IMG/VR virus record: IMGVR_UViG_3300042090_002148
Direction: 5' to 3' (one strand)
DNA from: a virus
Length of the DNA stretch: 64,000 nt
The position numbers and the translations under genes were made by a program. This document shows, piece by piece, positions 1 to 11,300 of the stretch. A model generated the notes under the pieces. It had not been told where the DNA came from. It saw nothing but the letters and a program-made list of their open reading frames with translations, and did no database searches. How positions within the stretch are numbered: the stretch's first letter is position 1; each line of letters begins with the position of its first letter.

Positions 1-153
1 GCCTTCCCGGTCTCTTCGTTCACAGCACGAATGAGCGCGCGCTGCTTGTCGAATGACTCGGAGAAACTGGCTGCGAGCTTCGCGTCAGAGGGGATGAGCG
101 CGCAGTACGCCTGAAGCAACGGGCACATCGAGAGAGGACCTCCTCGAGGGCAT
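1..153 (-). CDS. Partial hypothetical ORF running off the window start (MPSRRSSLDVPVASGVLRAHPSDAKLAAS...)
   Basis: ATG at 153, open to position 1; preceded by a copy of the bipartite promoter motif (172-198). Confidence 0.35.
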
Positions 154-171
154 CGTAAAGCCCTCGAAGTC

Positions 172-198
172 CTTGTCTCTCAACCGATGTGTGTTTTG
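172..198 (-). promoter_or_regulatory. Bipartite phage promoter motif copy (CAAAAC-N12-AGAGACAAG)
   Basis: Same two boxes and exact 12-nt spacer as the copies at 12105, 12944, 13441, 13976, 14452, 15579, 16980 and 34750. Confidence 0.5.
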
Positions 199-1151
199 AA
201 CGCGCCCGGGAGACCGATGCCGAACTTTGGACCACGCGGCTTCACTTGATCTGCGATGCTCGGACCAGGAGGCGCGCTCGCCTTCGGTGCCCCCACCTGC
301 GTGGTCTTCTCGAGCTGCGACGCTGGCGTCAGTCCCGCGATGGCTTGCTTGCGCATCTCACGGAGCTCGGCCACGAACTCGGCCAGCTTCTCCGTCGACA
401 TGGAGAGCATCGCCTCTTTGTTGACCGGCCCCTTGCCCAGACTCTTGCCGTGCTTGTCCGTTTCGATGACCGCGTCACCCTCGAGCTTGAAGTACCCGGC
501 GTGCTTCGCGTTGATGTTCACCGGACGAAAGTCGCCGGGCGAGTAGGTCGTGAGCCCGATGCTGTCGCTGTCCTTCTCGGTCCCCTTCTTCGTGTCCTCG
601 AAAGCGCCGTCCTTTTGGATGGCCACATCGAGGCGTGGCGCGCGGAAGGAGGGGATGTCCGAGGCCATCATGAAGTTGCCACGCGTGGGCGCGCTCGCGG
701 CCACCTTGTCCTTTTCCGCTTGAGCGGACATCTTGGCGGCACAAACAGCGCAGTTTGGGTCTGGGTGCAGTTGACGCGGCGGCATACCCCAAAGGCGCCT
801 TCCGACCTTCTCCTCTCCCTGATGGAGATAGGACTTCAGCGTCTTCTTCTCGGCGTGCCGATCAAGCGCACCACGAACCAGGGGAACTCCCCCCATACCA
901 ATGGCTCCCGCGGCAGCGGCGCCCAGGGCAGAGCGACGTGTGACCGAACGTTCACCCCCCTCGATGGCACGGCTGACGACGTGCCCGAGAGCTCCAGCGC
1001 CGGCTCCGAGACCGCCGTACCGAGCCACCTGGCTGCCGGTGGGCTTGCTCTTCTCGAGCTGGTCGAGCCTGTCCAACGATCGACGTGCCTCTTCATCCGA
1101 GACCGCGCTGATCTTCTCGAGCTCGTCGAAGCAGGCGTCGAAGGCGAACAT
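180..1151 (-). CDS. Putative internal head (core/ejection) protein with N-terminal FDELEKIS motif and Gly-zipper segment
   Basis: 323 aa ORF; FDELEKIS, EKLAE and RKQAI motifs; GGLGAGAGALG and ALGAAAAGAIGMGG hydrophobic stretches. Confidence 0.6.
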   Translation of the reverse strand: MFAFDACFDELEKISAVSDEEARRSLDRLDQLEKSKPTGSQVARYGGLGAGAGALGHVVSRAIEGGERSVTRRSALGAAAAGAIGMGGVPLVRGALDRHAEKKTLKSYLHQGEEKVGRRLWGMPPRQLHPDPNCAVCAAKMSAQAEKDKVAASAPTRGNFMMASDIPSFRAPRLDVAIQKDGAFEDTKKGTEKDSDSIGLTTYSPGDFRPVNINAKHAGYFKLEGDAVIETDKHGKSLGKGPVNKEAMLSMSTEKLAEFVAELREMRKQAIAGLTPASQLEKTTQVGAPKASAPPGPSIADQVKPRGPKFGIGLPGAFKTHIG

Positions 1152-1882
1152 CAGTGCCTCGTCATCAGGTGCGCGGCCGAGGGCGCTGCGAGGACACCGA
1201 GACCGCCGAGCTCCATCGCTGCCCCGGCCCCGTGAGGGAGGACGGTGCGCTTCTCGACCCCGGCCTTGTTGTGCTCGCCGGCGGCGAGCGCGCGACCATG
1301 GGCCTGGACCTCGTCGGCCACCGGCGCAGCGAGGATGCCAAGACCCGCGAGGTCGGTGGCATGCGCCCCCGTCTCCGAGCTCACGGCCTTGCCCATGCGT
1401 GCGAGCAGACTCCCCGCCGTCTTGGCGAAGAAGGCGTCGTACTTCATCGCCGACTTCAGCATGTCCGGGTACTTCGCCTGAATCTTCTTGCGCACCGCTG
1501 CGAGGTCTGCGCTGTCACCGTGCATCTTGGCGAAGCCAAGGGCTGAACGCGCGTGGGCTCGGTCTGGGATCGGGTAGGCCTCCTGCCCGGTGTTGGACTT
1601 GCTCGGCTTGACGGCGAAGTCCTTGGCAGGGAGCTTGGCGCGCGCCGCAGGGGTGAGGTCAGCCGCGGCCTTGAAGGGGTTGAGCGCTGGCGCCTGCTTG
1701 AATCCCGTACCTGCCCCAGCCAGGATCGCAGCCGTCCCTGGCTTGGCCATCTGCTTCGCCGCACCGAGGGACTTCGCAGCACCCAGCGCGCCGCGCGCGG
1801 CAGCCGGGAGGGGCGGAGGGATGCCCATCGCGAGCTTCTCGAAGTAGTTGCGCAGCATCGCCTGCATCTCAAGCTGGTTCAT
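1151..1882 (-). CDS. Putative internal head protein containing an LPAKDFA...YPIPDRAHARSALGF domain (DUF6582-like)
   Basis: 243 aa; YFEKLAM, AKTAG and LKSAM motifs; central domain resembles the phage 'YPIPD..HARNA' family (recognised by eye). Confidence 0.55.
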   Translation of the reverse strand: MNQLEMQAMLRNYFEKLAMGIPPPLPAAARGALGAAKSLGAAKQMAKPGTAAILAGAGTGFKQAPALNPFKAAADLTPAARAKLPAKDFAVKPSKSNTGQEAYPIPDRAHARSALGFAKMHGDSADLAAVRKKIQAKYPDMLKSAMKYDAFFAKTAGSLLARMGKAVSSETGAHATDLAGLGILAAPVADEVQAHGRALAAGEHNKAGVEKRTVLPHGAGAAMELGGLGVLAAPSAAHLMTRH

Positions 1883-1894
1883 CGACGTGTCCTC

Positions 1895-2257
1895 TCAGCG
1901 TTCTTGCTTGTTCTTCTTGTACGCCTGCGTGGCTCGCTGCGCTCGCAGTACGGGAGAGTTCGCGAGCATGCCGGCCAGCGCCGAGAGCTCGCCAGCCTTC
2001 TTCTCTTTCTCCTCCGTGTGTCCGTGCGCCTTGCCGATCTGGTACCCCGTCGCCCCGGGAACGAGAAGCAGCGCCGCGATGTCACCGGCGTCGCGCGTGA
2101 ACTTCTTCCCCGCCGCGGCTTCAGCGTGACCCACCGCTTTGCCCAGCTGGTAGCCGACCAGCGAAGGGATCATGTAGTGGCTGGCGTCGATGACGGGTCC
2201 TACCACCGCAATCTTCTCGAGCTCGTCGCAACAAGCTTCCATCATCACGTTGTTCAT
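1895..2257 (-). CDS. Small putative head protein with CDELEKIA motif
   Basis: 120 aa; N-terminal DELEKIA helix shared with neighbouring genes. Confidence 0.6.
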   Translation of the reverse strand: MNNVMMEACCDELEKIAVVGPVIDASHYMIPSLVGYQLGKAVGHAEAAAGKKFTRDAGDIAALLLVPGATGYQIGKAHGHTEEKEKKAGELSALAGMLANSPVLRAQRATQAYKKNKQER

Positions 2258-3285
2258 CCGACATGCTCCGGAGGTTGATTTGATGCGCCAATGTCTGCCG
2301 AGTTTTGAGCAAGCCCGGTGATGGTCGTAGCCTCCCCACGTCCGTCGAGTCTATCAACCGCACTGGGGTCCTTCTCTTTCGTCGGCACGTCCCCCTTGCG
2401 CTTCATCTTGCCCGCCGGCGTCGCGTAGATGCCAGGACCCGTCATCTGCGAGGGGTTGAGTGACCTCTCCTGCAGGCCCTCCCATCCCTCGGAGGGGATG
2501 TCGCCGGGGCTCGGCTTCTTCCGCGTCTCAGGGGAGGACATCGGGTTCTCGCCCGTGTTGAACGGGTTCACGCTGCCCATCGCTCCAGGCACCGTGGAGA
2601 TCTTCTCGAGCTCGTCGAGAAAGGCTGCGTGCTTGTGGATGCTGTAGTCGACGGCCTTGTTCGCGCCGTATGCAGCCGCAGCACCGCCGAGGATCTTCCC
2701 CTTGTGGTTGTTCCAGACCTTCTTGACGTCGTCCTTCACGGCATCCACCGCCGCGCGTCCTGCGTGACGCCCAATCTCACCAGCGGACTCGCGCTGTGCC
2801 TTGCCTCCCGCCTCGATGAGACGGTGCGTGGCCTCTTCGATGTGTGGCTTGACTGCCGCGGCTACTTCATCGACGCCCGCATGCAGGTGAGTCTTGGCGG
2901 CCTGAGCAGCGTGCTCCTGCACGTGCTTCACAGCACCAGCCCCTAGACTTCGCGCCTTGTCGAAGACGCCACCCTCCTTCGTGCTGAGGGTCGTAGACTT
3001 GACCTCGGGCGGGAGCTCACCGGGGTGCTTGGGGGGCTTCGCCGCGCCGGCGTCTTCCCAACCACCGGAGACGTCGTCCGGCTTCCCAGCAGAGTCTCCG
3101 CCTGTCGCGGCCTCCTTGACGTGCTGAAACTTGTGCAGCTTTCCGTCCTTCTCCTTCTTCAGGAGGTTGGCCGCAGAGATGGGGCGGCGTCCCTTACGCA
3201 CACTCATGACGCCTCTGCCGTGCATGCGCGCTGCGCTGATCTTCTCGTACTCGTCGAGAAAGGCGGCCATGGAGGCAGAAGACAT
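2254..3285 (-). CDS. Putative internal head protein with two FLDE(Y/L)EKIS motifs
   Basis: 343 aa; AAFLDEYEKIS at the N-terminus, AAFLDELEKIS internally, plus VKEAA; 4-nt overlap with the next gene. Confidence 0.6.
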   Translation of the reverse strand: MSSASMAAFLDEYEKISAARMHGRGVMSVRKGRRPISAANLLKKEKDGKLHKFQHVKEAATGGDSAGKPDDVSGGWEDAGAAKPPKHPGELPPEVKSTTLSTKEGGVFDKARSLGAGAVKHVQEHAAQAAKTHLHAGVDEVAAAVKPHIEEATHRLIEAGGKAQRESAGEIGRHAGRAAVDAVKDDVKKVWNNHKGKILGGAAAAYGANKAVDYSIHKHAAFLDELEKISTVPGAMGSVNPFNTGENPMSSPETRKKPSPGDIPSEGWEGLQERSLNPSQMTGPGIYATPAGKMKRKGDVPTKEKDPSAVDRLDGRGEATTITGLAQNSADIGASNQPPEHVG

Positions 3286-3324
3286 GTGCCCAGAGTAGCA
3301 GGGGTCCGGTGCTGGCGGAACAGC

Positions 3325-6300
3325 TCACCCAAGGATGGCGCGCTGCGACTGGATGGCAGAGACGTACTGCTGCACGGCCTGCTGTTTCCGCAAGCGCGTG
3401 TCCGCCCGCTGAGCAGCAGGAGTGCCTCGCTGAATCCCCACAATGTTGCTGATAGCAGGCGTCACCAGGCCGAAGAGATTGTTGTAGGGGCCGAAGCTTC
3501 TGGAGTGAAAGCCCTCGATGCCCGAGATGACAGTCTGCCCTGTGGGGTCGTAGGCTAGATCCGACGTCCCAAAAAGGTCGATCATCGTTGCGATATTTCG
3601 GTGTGTGTAGCCCGATATGAAGGCATCAACATCAACACCGGGCGTTGTCTTTACAACAGAGTAAAGCTGAACCAAAGTCGCCACAGCCTGCTCAATGCTG
3701 GCTTGTTGATCGAGTGCCAAGAGACCAGGTGCTGCGGCTTTCGGATCAGCAGCGCTAGTTGCCTGGGCTGCTGTAGAGAGTGCGGCTTGTGCAGCCGCCT
3801 GGGCTACTCCGGTTGAAGTTGTACTTCCATCCGCTGCTTGTACAAGTTGCTGGTCGGTGATTGAGCCCACGCCAAAGAACGCTTGGTATGCCTGTCCGAT
3901 GAGAGAAGGGTGCCACACATCTCCATACCATCCCGGCCTCAAGTATTCTTCAAGCGGGAGCTGCACAGACTGCTGCGTGTACCGCGCCACATTCTCAGTC
4001 ACACGGTACGCATTGAACTGCACGAGCTCCGTCGGGTCACCGATATAGTTTGCGACGTTCGCTCCATAGACCGAGGCAGCCTGAGAGATCCCAACGGTCA
4101 CGTTGAGGGATGCCGTTGTACTCCCGGCAATGGGGGGTCCTTGATACACGGGCAGCGACTGCCCCTTGTACGCCTGGGTCACGTCGCTGACCGCTGTGAT
4201 GGTGCCGCCGTTCGGACCATAGGTCCCCACTTGCGGTGAGCTGTACGCCGCGACGACAGTGATGCGCGAGGCAGGCTGGCTCGAGACCGCCATCACCTGG
4301 TTGGTGGGGCGTGCCACGCCCAGGAACTCTGACCCCTCATTGAACTGCCGAGCGTAGGTCCCGGTGCACGTTGTACTGCCGGAGCTCTGGCTGATGGTGT
4401 GCGTGACCTCTGTGAGGTTGCAGAGGAAGTGTGCGCCAAGAAGCTCATCGATCTTGTTCGTCGACACACCACCGTTTTGGGCGATGAGCTGGTTGCGGGT
4501 GTCGATCATCTCCTGGCTCACGTACTTGTCGATGACCAGCGCGGGAAACCCGCAGGCCAGGTACGGGTTGAACTTGCCGGAGATCTGGAGCTGTCGCGCA
4601 GCGAAGCGGTACTTGAAGTAGAGGAAGTTCGTCGAGCGCTGAGCCAGGCCGATGTGCTCTGCCACGCCAAGCGTCATGGTGCCTGAGCGCGCCCCGAAGA
4701 TGTTGAGCTCGCCCATCTTCTCAAAGACGGGGATGATGCCGGTGAAGAGCTCGTGGTCGAGGATGCCGTTCTGCAAGAGAGACTGCAGCTCGTTACTGCC
4801 CGTTTGCACTGTGCCCGTCGGCACGGTGTAGCCCTTAGGGGCATAGTAGAACTCGTCAAAGAGCTCGTCTTCTCCGAAGAACTCGTCATTCGTCTTGAGG
4901 AGAAGACGCGTCGGTTCCTGCAGGAAGTTCTGCCCGTAGGTGAGGGTGTCGTAGTGCTCGGGGAAGAAGACGTTGCACCGAGGAGGCGCGCTGAACCACA
5001 CGTCCGGACGAAAGATCTGCTGGCACAGCCGCGCTGGTACCGTAGTTGTTCCGCCGGCATTGGTGATTTGAAATCCTGCTGCACTTTGCATCTGTGCAAG
5101 CGCAGCAGCGAGAGGGTCACTTACTGCGTTGGTAACTGCAGTTGACGCCTCTGGATACCAGCTCGAAGCAGCTGAAAGAGCCTGCGCAATCGAACGGGAA
5201 GCCGAGGTGTAGTACGCCTTCGCCGATTGCACCGGCTGGGTGGTCTGCTGCGTGATGAGGTTCGCGGTATTGTCGCAATTCTGCTTGAGGGTAGTGAGAC
5301 TACTTAGCAGCTGCTGCGTAGTGCCTTCTCCGAAGAACAGGCTGCTCTGTAGGTCTTTGATGGCTGCGATGTTGCTGTCCGCATTAGTGGCAATGAAGGC
5401 CGCGTCCGTAGAGCGCACGCTAGTTCGAGTAGCCGGACCTGGTCTTGTAGTGGGCTGCTGGTAGAACGGGCATGGCTGCGCGTAGGTCTCGTGGAAGATG
5501 ATGCCCATCAGCGCGTTGATGGCCTGACGCATCGTGACCTGCTGGCCAAGCCCACCCAGAGTGCGCCCCAGGAGCGAGTCGTACCCGGCGCTCAAGAGAC
5601 GGCTCGCGGTTGGGTCCTGCTCGTACGCCGTGATCATCTGGGTGATGTGGAGGCGGAGCTCGGCGAGGCTGAAAAAGACGTTGTCCCCCGCGATCGTCTG
5701 CCCGTAGCTGTAGCTGCCTCCGATGGACTCGAGGAGGTGCACGATGCCACCCAGCAACCCCTGCAGGTTCGGGTACTGGATGGAGGGCGACTGGAGGATG
5801 CGGATGATGGCCGACCCTTCGTCCTCGAGGAAGTCGGTGAACAGGCTGGTGCTGCCCCCGGAGAAGAGCGCCTTGATGCCGGGCCCGAACAGATCGGTGT
5901 TGTTCCACTGCTGGGCCGAGTCCCAGTAGGAGCTCCAGTCCTGGCACTGCAGTACGAGTGACCGCTGCGCCTGGTTCTTCGTCCACTGGTAACCGACGAT
6001 CTCCCCACCAAAGCACAGCTTGTAGTTCGCGTTCTGGATGTCCGGTGAGTCTCCGACGCTGTTCGTTCCGGTGCTGGGCGTCGCGTTGCTCCCCGTCGTC
6101 TGGTTCTGGTACGCGGTGGGACTCTGGTTCGTGGCCGTGTTCACTGCCCCTGCGGACACCGGGAACGGCGTGTTGGCCGTCTCGTAGTCGTAGAAGAACA
6201 GGTGGACGATGGTCCTCGGCAGAAACCGTGTGCCGTCGGGCAGCGGAGGGATCTGCAGCGAGCACACCGAGGGCGCGTTGGGGACGACCTGGATGGTGGC

Positions 6301-6372
6301 CGCTACAACCGGCACCTCTACTCCCTCGAGGAAGAGACGCAGCCGGATGCGCGTGCCTACGCCCATGCTCAT
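3325..6372 (-). CDS. Putative baseplate hub / large tail structural protein
   Basis: 1015 aa; N-terminal RLRLFLEGVEVPV...SLQIPP and FGGEIVGYQW...LVLQCQDW pattern typical of hub (gp27/VgrG-like) proteins; lies downstream of the tape measure gene. Confidence 0.5.
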   Translation of the reverse strand: MSMGVGTRIRLRLFLEGVEVPVVAATIQVVPNAPSVCSLQIPPLPDGTRFLPRTIVHLFFYDYETANTPFPVSAGAVNTATNQSPTAYQNQTTGSNATPSTGTNSVGDSPDIQNANYKLCFGGEIVGYQWTKNQAQRSLVLQCQDWSSYWDSAQQWNNTDLFGPGIKALFSGGSTSLFTDFLEDEGSAIIRILQSPSIQYPNLQGLLGGIVHLLESIGGSYSYGQTIAGDNVFFSLAELRLHITQMITAYEQDPTASRLLSAGYDSLLGRTLGGLGQQVTMRQAINALMGIIFHETYAQPCPFYQQPTTRPGPATRTSVRSTDAAFIATNADSNIAAIKDLQSSLFFGEGTTQQLLSSLTTLKQNCDNTANLITQQTTQPVQSAKAYYTSASRSIAQALSAASSWYPEASTAVTNAVSDPLAAALAQMQSAAGFQITNAGGTTTVPARLCQQIFRPDVWFSAPPRCNVFFPEHYDTLTYGQNFLQEPTRLLLKTNDEFFGEDELFDEFYYAPKGYTVPTGTVQTGSNELQSLLQNGILDHELFTGIIPVFEKMGELNIFGARSGTMTLGVAEHIGLAQRSTNFLYFKYRFAARQLQISGKFNPYLACGFPALVIDKYVSQEMIDTRNQLIAQNGGVSTNKIDELLGAHFLCNLTEVTHTISQSSGSTTCTGTYARQFNEGSEFLGVARPTNQVMAVSSQPASRITVVAAYSSPQVGTYGPNGGTITAVSDVTQAYKGQSLPVYQGPPIAGSTTASLNVTVGISQAASVYGANVANYIGDPTELVQFNAYRVTENVARYTQQSVQLPLEEYLRPGWYGDVWHPSLIGQAYQAFFGVGSITDQQLVQAADGSTTSTGVAQAAAQAALSTAAQATSAADPKAAAPGLLALDQQASIEQAVATLVQLYSVVKTTPGVDVDAFISGYTHRNIATMIDLFGTSDLAYDPTGQTVISGIEGFHSRSFGPYNNLFGLVTPAISNIVGIQRGTPAAQRADTRLRKQQAVQQYVSAIQSQRAILG

Positions 6373-8120
6373 GAGATGGAGATCCCTGTCGTGTTCGTGT
6401 CGCTCGTGTTGCCGTCGGGCCCTATGTAGAAGTTCTCGTCGTTCTCGGTCGGAGGCGTTGTAACAAGCGACCCCGGCGCCACGACGATGGAGAAGGCACT
6501 GGGGGAGCCGCCCACCGTGATGGATGCGCCACAGGCTGAAGTGTTCGCGCCGTACCCGAGCGAGGAGGCGAAGCCGTCCGAGGTTCCGTAGGAGGGACCC
6601 CCGGTGAACTCGTTGAGGGTGCCGGGCCCGTTCGGGCCGATGCCTCCAGAGAGACCACCCGGGATACCGCCGCCGCTCCCTGTCCCGGAGATGACCCCGC
6701 CGTTGATGGCCACGCCGTTCCCGAAGATGGGCGTCGAGCTCCCGTACGCGGTCGTCGTGTAGGTCTGACCGGACACGGTGGTCAGCGAGGTCTGTGCAGA
6801 GAGGATGGGGCTCGCGAAGACGCCGGTGAAGCCAAGCCCCCCATTTACGCCCCCTACGGTGACCCCTCCCGCAACACCGAAGGTGGGACCAGACTGCGCT
6901 GCAGCACCAATACTCACCCCAATGCTGACGCCGAAATTGGCCGAGATGCCAAGCTCGATGAAACTGTCGGGGTTGTCGAGGTCAGCTCCGTAGATGGCCA
7001 GGTTCTGTATGCTAGTGGCCCAGAAGTCAGGCGCTTCTTCAACGTCGTCACTTGGGTCAAGCGCGAGTGGGGTGTCTGGCGCCCCTGTGTACTCGTCTGT
7101 GTTGTCCGAGATGAGTCCTCGTAGAGGAAGAGTGCGCGTTCCGGCGTTAGCCAGGGCTGCCGCGGCATCTGCGAGAACACCATCAATAGAGACCGTGCCC
7201 GTGGCAGAAACTCCAGCAGCGAGAACACTGGCTAGGTCAGACGCACCGCCGAAGCCGACGCCTGTTCCCACACTGACCCCAGCACCCACGCCAATGCCCG
7301 CGCTGGCTCCCACGTTCAGGCCTACCCCGAACCCAGAAGCTCCAGGAGGAGCCTGTCCGAGCTGCTGCGCGGCACCCTGCTGGGCCATCAAGTCGATGGC
7401 GTCCTGGAGATCCTCCGCCGAGTACCCGGCGCTCGCCGTGGAGGCGGCGATCACCTGGAACGAGTCGGCGCTGGTCAGGTTCACGCTCGGAGGGAGGTCC
7501 ACACTCGAGCGGATGGGGAAGTTCGGGCTGCCGACGAAGGTAACGTTCTGGTAGTTCGTCAGGTACAGCCGGAACTGGAGCTGCACCATGAGCGGTGTGT
7601 CCGATGTCTTCCGCGCCTGCGCGTTGAGCATGTACCCCTCGACGATGTTGTCGTCGTAGAAGAGGTAGGTGCGCGCCCCGAGCTCAACGCTGCGTGTGCC
7701 ACGAAAGAACTGGTCGTAGTTCTGCCAGAACTCGGCGTACCAGTTGAAGTCGTTCGAGTCGACGAGCACAGCTTGAACGTCGAGGAAGCGCGGGCTCTCC
7801 CCGAAGAAGTAGATGTACGGCTCGCCGAAGGTCTCGACGATCTGATGCTTCTCCATCCGCGCCTCGGTGACGGACTGCAGGATGAAGTTCGTGTAGTCAG
7901 TGCTCATCCCCGTCGACGAGCTCGAGTCGTAGAGCGGGATGGGGTTGCCGCTGGCGGCCACCAGCTTGAGGATGGCGTAGGTGTCCTCCTTGATCTCGAG
8001 GCCGCGCTGTGGACGCCGCGCGTTGTTCGAGCCAGCACGCTGAGTGGATGCCGCGTTCGTGACCGCGTTGTTGAACGAGTCGACGAAGCTGTCCGTGGTG
8101 AGAGTGATGAAGACGGCCAT
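6369..8120 (-). CDS. Putative baseplate / tail-tube-initiator-like protein with Gly-rich C-terminal half
   Basis: 583 aa; FILQSVTEARMEKHQIVETFGEPYIYFFGESPR tube-like N-terminal domain; position right after the tape measure. Confidence 0.45.
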   Translation of the reverse strand: MAVFITLTTDSFVDSFNNAVTNAASTQRAGSNNARRPQRGLEIKEDTYAILKLVAASGNPIPLYDSSSSTGMSTDYTNFILQSVTEARMEKHQIVETFGEPYIYFFGESPRFLDVQAVLVDSNDFNWYAEFWQNYDQFFRGTRSVELGARTYLFYDDNIVEGYMLNAQARKTSDTPLMVQLQFRLYLTNYQNVTFVGSPNFPIRSSVDLPPSVNLTSADSFQVIAASTASAGYSAEDLQDAIDLMAQQGAAQQLGQAPPGASGFGVGLNVGASAGIGVGAGVSVGTGVGFGGASDLASVLAAGVSATGTVSIDGVLADAAAALANAGTRTLPLRGLISDNTDEYTGAPDTPLALDPSDDVEEAPDFWATSIQNLAIYGADLDNPDSFIELGISANFGVSIGVSIGAAAQSGPTFGVAGGVTVGGVNGGLGFTGVFASPILSAQTSLTTVSGQTYTTTAYGSSTPIFGNGVAINGGVISGTGSGGGIPGGLSGGIGPNGPGTLNEFTGGPSYGTSDGFASSLGYGANTSACGASITVGGSPSAFSIVVAPGSLVTTPPTENDENFYIGPDGNTSDTNTTGISIS

Positions 8121-8127
8121 GGCAACC

Positions 8128-8397
8128 TCAGATGACGACGTTCGACTTGATCAGGTTGTCGAGCACGCTGCGAGGGGGAGGTGTCCCGTTGTACTGCTCT
8201 CCGACCTTCAGCGCGAACGCTTCCGCTTTCACCAGCATGAGGTAGGGATCCTCGACCACGATCTGGTCATGCAAGACGTAGGTGTAGAGCCGCCCGTTCT
8301 TGCGGATGGTGAGCGTGACCTCCTGCCTGCAGGGGCTGCAGCCCGGAGGAATCGAGAACGGAAGGTCGCCCTCAACGAACAGCAGGGACTTCGCCAT
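8128..8397 (-). CDS. Small hypothetical tail-region protein
   Basis: 89 aa ORF coupled (1-nt overlap) to the tape measure gene. Confidence 0.55.
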   Translation of the reverse strand: MAKSLLFVEGDLPFSIPPGCSPCRQEVTLTIRKNGRLYTYVLHDQIVVEDPYLMLVKAEAFALKVGEQYNGTPPPRSVLDNLIKSNVVI

Positions 8398-11300
8398 CAG
8401 GGAGTCCTCCCCTTGTTGGGGGCGTTGTGAAAAGAACCACCGCCCCCGCCAGTGTCTTCGGCACTACCGGCTTGTGCCTTGTCGTTGAGTTCCGAGATCT
8501 CAGACGCAGTCATGCCCTGGAACTTCAACATCTTCTCCAGGATGCTCGTCTGCTTCTTCGCTTCTCGTACAGCTGGGTTCTGATCTTCCTGTTCATCCTG
8601 TTTCTTCTTCTGCTGATCCTGGACCGCCTGGTCTCCCTGGATGCTTTCGTAGGCGAGGGCACCCTCTGCGACGTTCTTCCCCTTGATGGCGCCCGTGAGC
8701 CGGTGGATCTTGCTCTGCAGAGCTTCCTTGGCGCCCTCGCTGATGTCCTTGCCACCCAGCTGCTCCAGCATGAAGGCTTCGAGGCGCTTCTGGCTCGACT
8801 CGTCCTTCAGGTTCATGGTCTTCATGTCCTCCTTCGACAAGGAGAGACCAAGACCCCCGAGGGCTGTCTGGGTGAGGTTGCCTCGCTTCAGCCCACGGGC
8901 GATACGCTTCTCATCCGCGTTGATGGTGGCCATCGTGCTTCCGAGCTCGGTGCCGGCGGCGTTGGTGGCGATCTTCGCGCGCTCCTTCTCGGAGAGATTC
9001 GCGAGAGCCTCGATGCCCATCCGCTGCTTCTCTCCGATGCCGCGGCGTTCCTGCTCCGTGCCGCTGTACGAAGCCTCGAGCCCCAGGGACTGCTGCATGA
9101 TCTCTACGGCAGCCGCCCCCTCCTTGCTGAGGCCCTCGACGAGCTTGCTCTTGCCTGTCTTCGGATCGATCTCGGTGAGCCCGAGGTCCTTCATCTTCTT
9201 CTGCTCGCCCTTCGCGCGGGTGCGCACACGCAGGGCTTCCTCGCGGTTCACCTCGGAGTTCTGGCTGCGTGCAGCCTCGAGGGTCACGTTGTACGCCGCG
9301 TCGAGCTTCTCCTTGGTGTCGATGCCGTAGGAACCGTACGTGTCGGTGAGCTTCTTGAGCTCCTCTTCGGGGATCTTGCCATCGGGGTACTTCCCCTTCA
9401 GCTTCATGTACTCCTGCGCAGCGAGCTGCGTCGCGATACCCGTGGCTCGCCCGCTCGTTTCCTGGTGCGACTGCTGCAGGTCCATGAGCTCGTTCTGCAT
9501 CTTGATCTGCGTGTCGATTGCGGCCTTCTTACCGCTCCCTCCGAACAGATCGAAGGCACGCGACTGCGCCTCATCCGAGGTCATGTACTTGCCGAACGCA
9601 CCCCGCTTCGCATCGTCGCCGCTGATGGAGGACTGCAGCTTGCCCCCGAGCCAAGCGCCAGCCATCGCAGCGACGGGCATCCCCATTCCCAGGACTCCAC
9701 CAGCCACACCACCCAGTGTCCGTCCCAGGGTCTGATTCTGTGAGCCGTACAGCTTGTCGGCGAAGTCCTTCTCGCGTTGACCGGGAGCGAAGCCTCCCCC
9801 TCCCGTACCTCCCTCGGGAGTGGCGGAGTTCGCGGAGAGCAGGGACTTGTCCGAGATGCCGAGCTGCTGCTCGAGGGTGTTGACCGAGGCGGCCTGTTCA
9901 CCGGCCCCCTTGCCGAAGTTCGCGAGCATGTTCTGCGCGCTCTTGTTGCCCGCCTTGGCTTGCTCCTCGAGGACGTTCTTCACTGCCTCCACGCGTGCCT
10001 GGCCGCTCAGTCCGGCCATCTTGCCCACGTACTCCCGGCGCAACGTGGCCGTGAGGTCCCCATCGGCCTCCCCGAGCTTGTCGTTGAGCCGCTGCGCTCC
10101 CTCCGCGGTCTGACTCGCCTCGAGAAGCGACTTCTGCAGGTCCGCCTGGCTCCCCTCCTTGATGTTGTAGCCGGCCTCCTTGTACTTCTGGGCCATCGTC
10201 TTGCCGTAGATGAGCGAGCCCTCGGTGTAGCCCATGGCCTGGCGCAGCTTCTCGCCGCTACCCCCGAAGAAGTCGCGCGTCGACATCGAGGCCTGCTTGG
10301 CGGGGTCTCCGCTGCCGAAAGGACTGGCCCCTCCACCCATCGTCAGCGCGACCTCACGGTCGTTGCCGCCCCACTTCATGTTCCGGAAGGCGTTGTCAGC
10401 CTTCTCGGTCATCACGTGCTCGTAGGTGCCGGTCATCTTGTTGATCCAGCGGTCTAGTGCTTCGGAGCCGGAGTTGAAGAGGTTCTGCCCGGCCTCCTGC
10501 ATCTTGCCGTTGATGCGCTCCTGGGCCTGCTTGAACCGCTGCTCCACGCCCTCGATGCCCTGCTGCTTGTGCTCCTGGGCGATCTTCTGGAGGTAGCTGT
10601 CGTCCTGCTGGGAGGCCTGCATCCGGCGTGCGATCTGCGGCAGCGCGTTGGCCATCTTCACGGCCTGGTCGACCTCGTCTCGCCCCATCCCGAGCTGACG
10701 CTGGGCGAAGAGCATGGAGCGGTCGTCCATGTTGTTGATGTCGACGCCCTTCGACTCGGCCCACTCCTTCAGCTGCAGGGCAGGGAGGAACCCTCCGATG
10801 CGCTCGAGAGCGGCACCACGGAGGCGCCCCTCGTTTCGGATGAAGTTCGCACGGCCCACCGTGGTCTTCATCTTGTTGTCCCGGCGCATCGTCTCCCCGA
10901 TGTCCATCCCGCCGGCGAGGAGCTCCTGCACCCCCTCCTCATCGAGCGTGCCGTTCTTGCCGGCGATGGCGGCCAGAGTACGACGACCACGACCCGACTG
11001 GAGGAAGCTCCCAGCCTTCTGCATCGAGCTCGCGGCGTAGGCCTGCCGTCCTTCGGCCCCCGTCAGCCCGGTCACGTTGTAGATGTCCTCCTCGGAGAGC
11101 ACCCCCATCTGCTGCGCGGTGCCGATCTGGCCGATGGTGCGGATGCCAGCCCCCGCGCCCTGCTTCCCGAGCCCTCCGATGGAGCGCGCAATCTGGCTGC
11201 CGATGCTGGCGGCTCCCGTCACCTCACTCACGGCGAGCCCGCCGGCGACGGCGGACCCACGGACGGAGCCCGTGAACTTCGCCATGTTGCCCATGCCGAA

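Noticed and set aside
1111-3256. Repeated 18-mer ATCTTCTCGAGCTCGTCG as a possible CRISPR or DNA-level repeat
   Set aside because: Irregular spacing of 400-1100 nt, always in frame within genes and encoding DELEKI; it is a protein-motif repeat. No CRISPR array was seen anywhere in the window.
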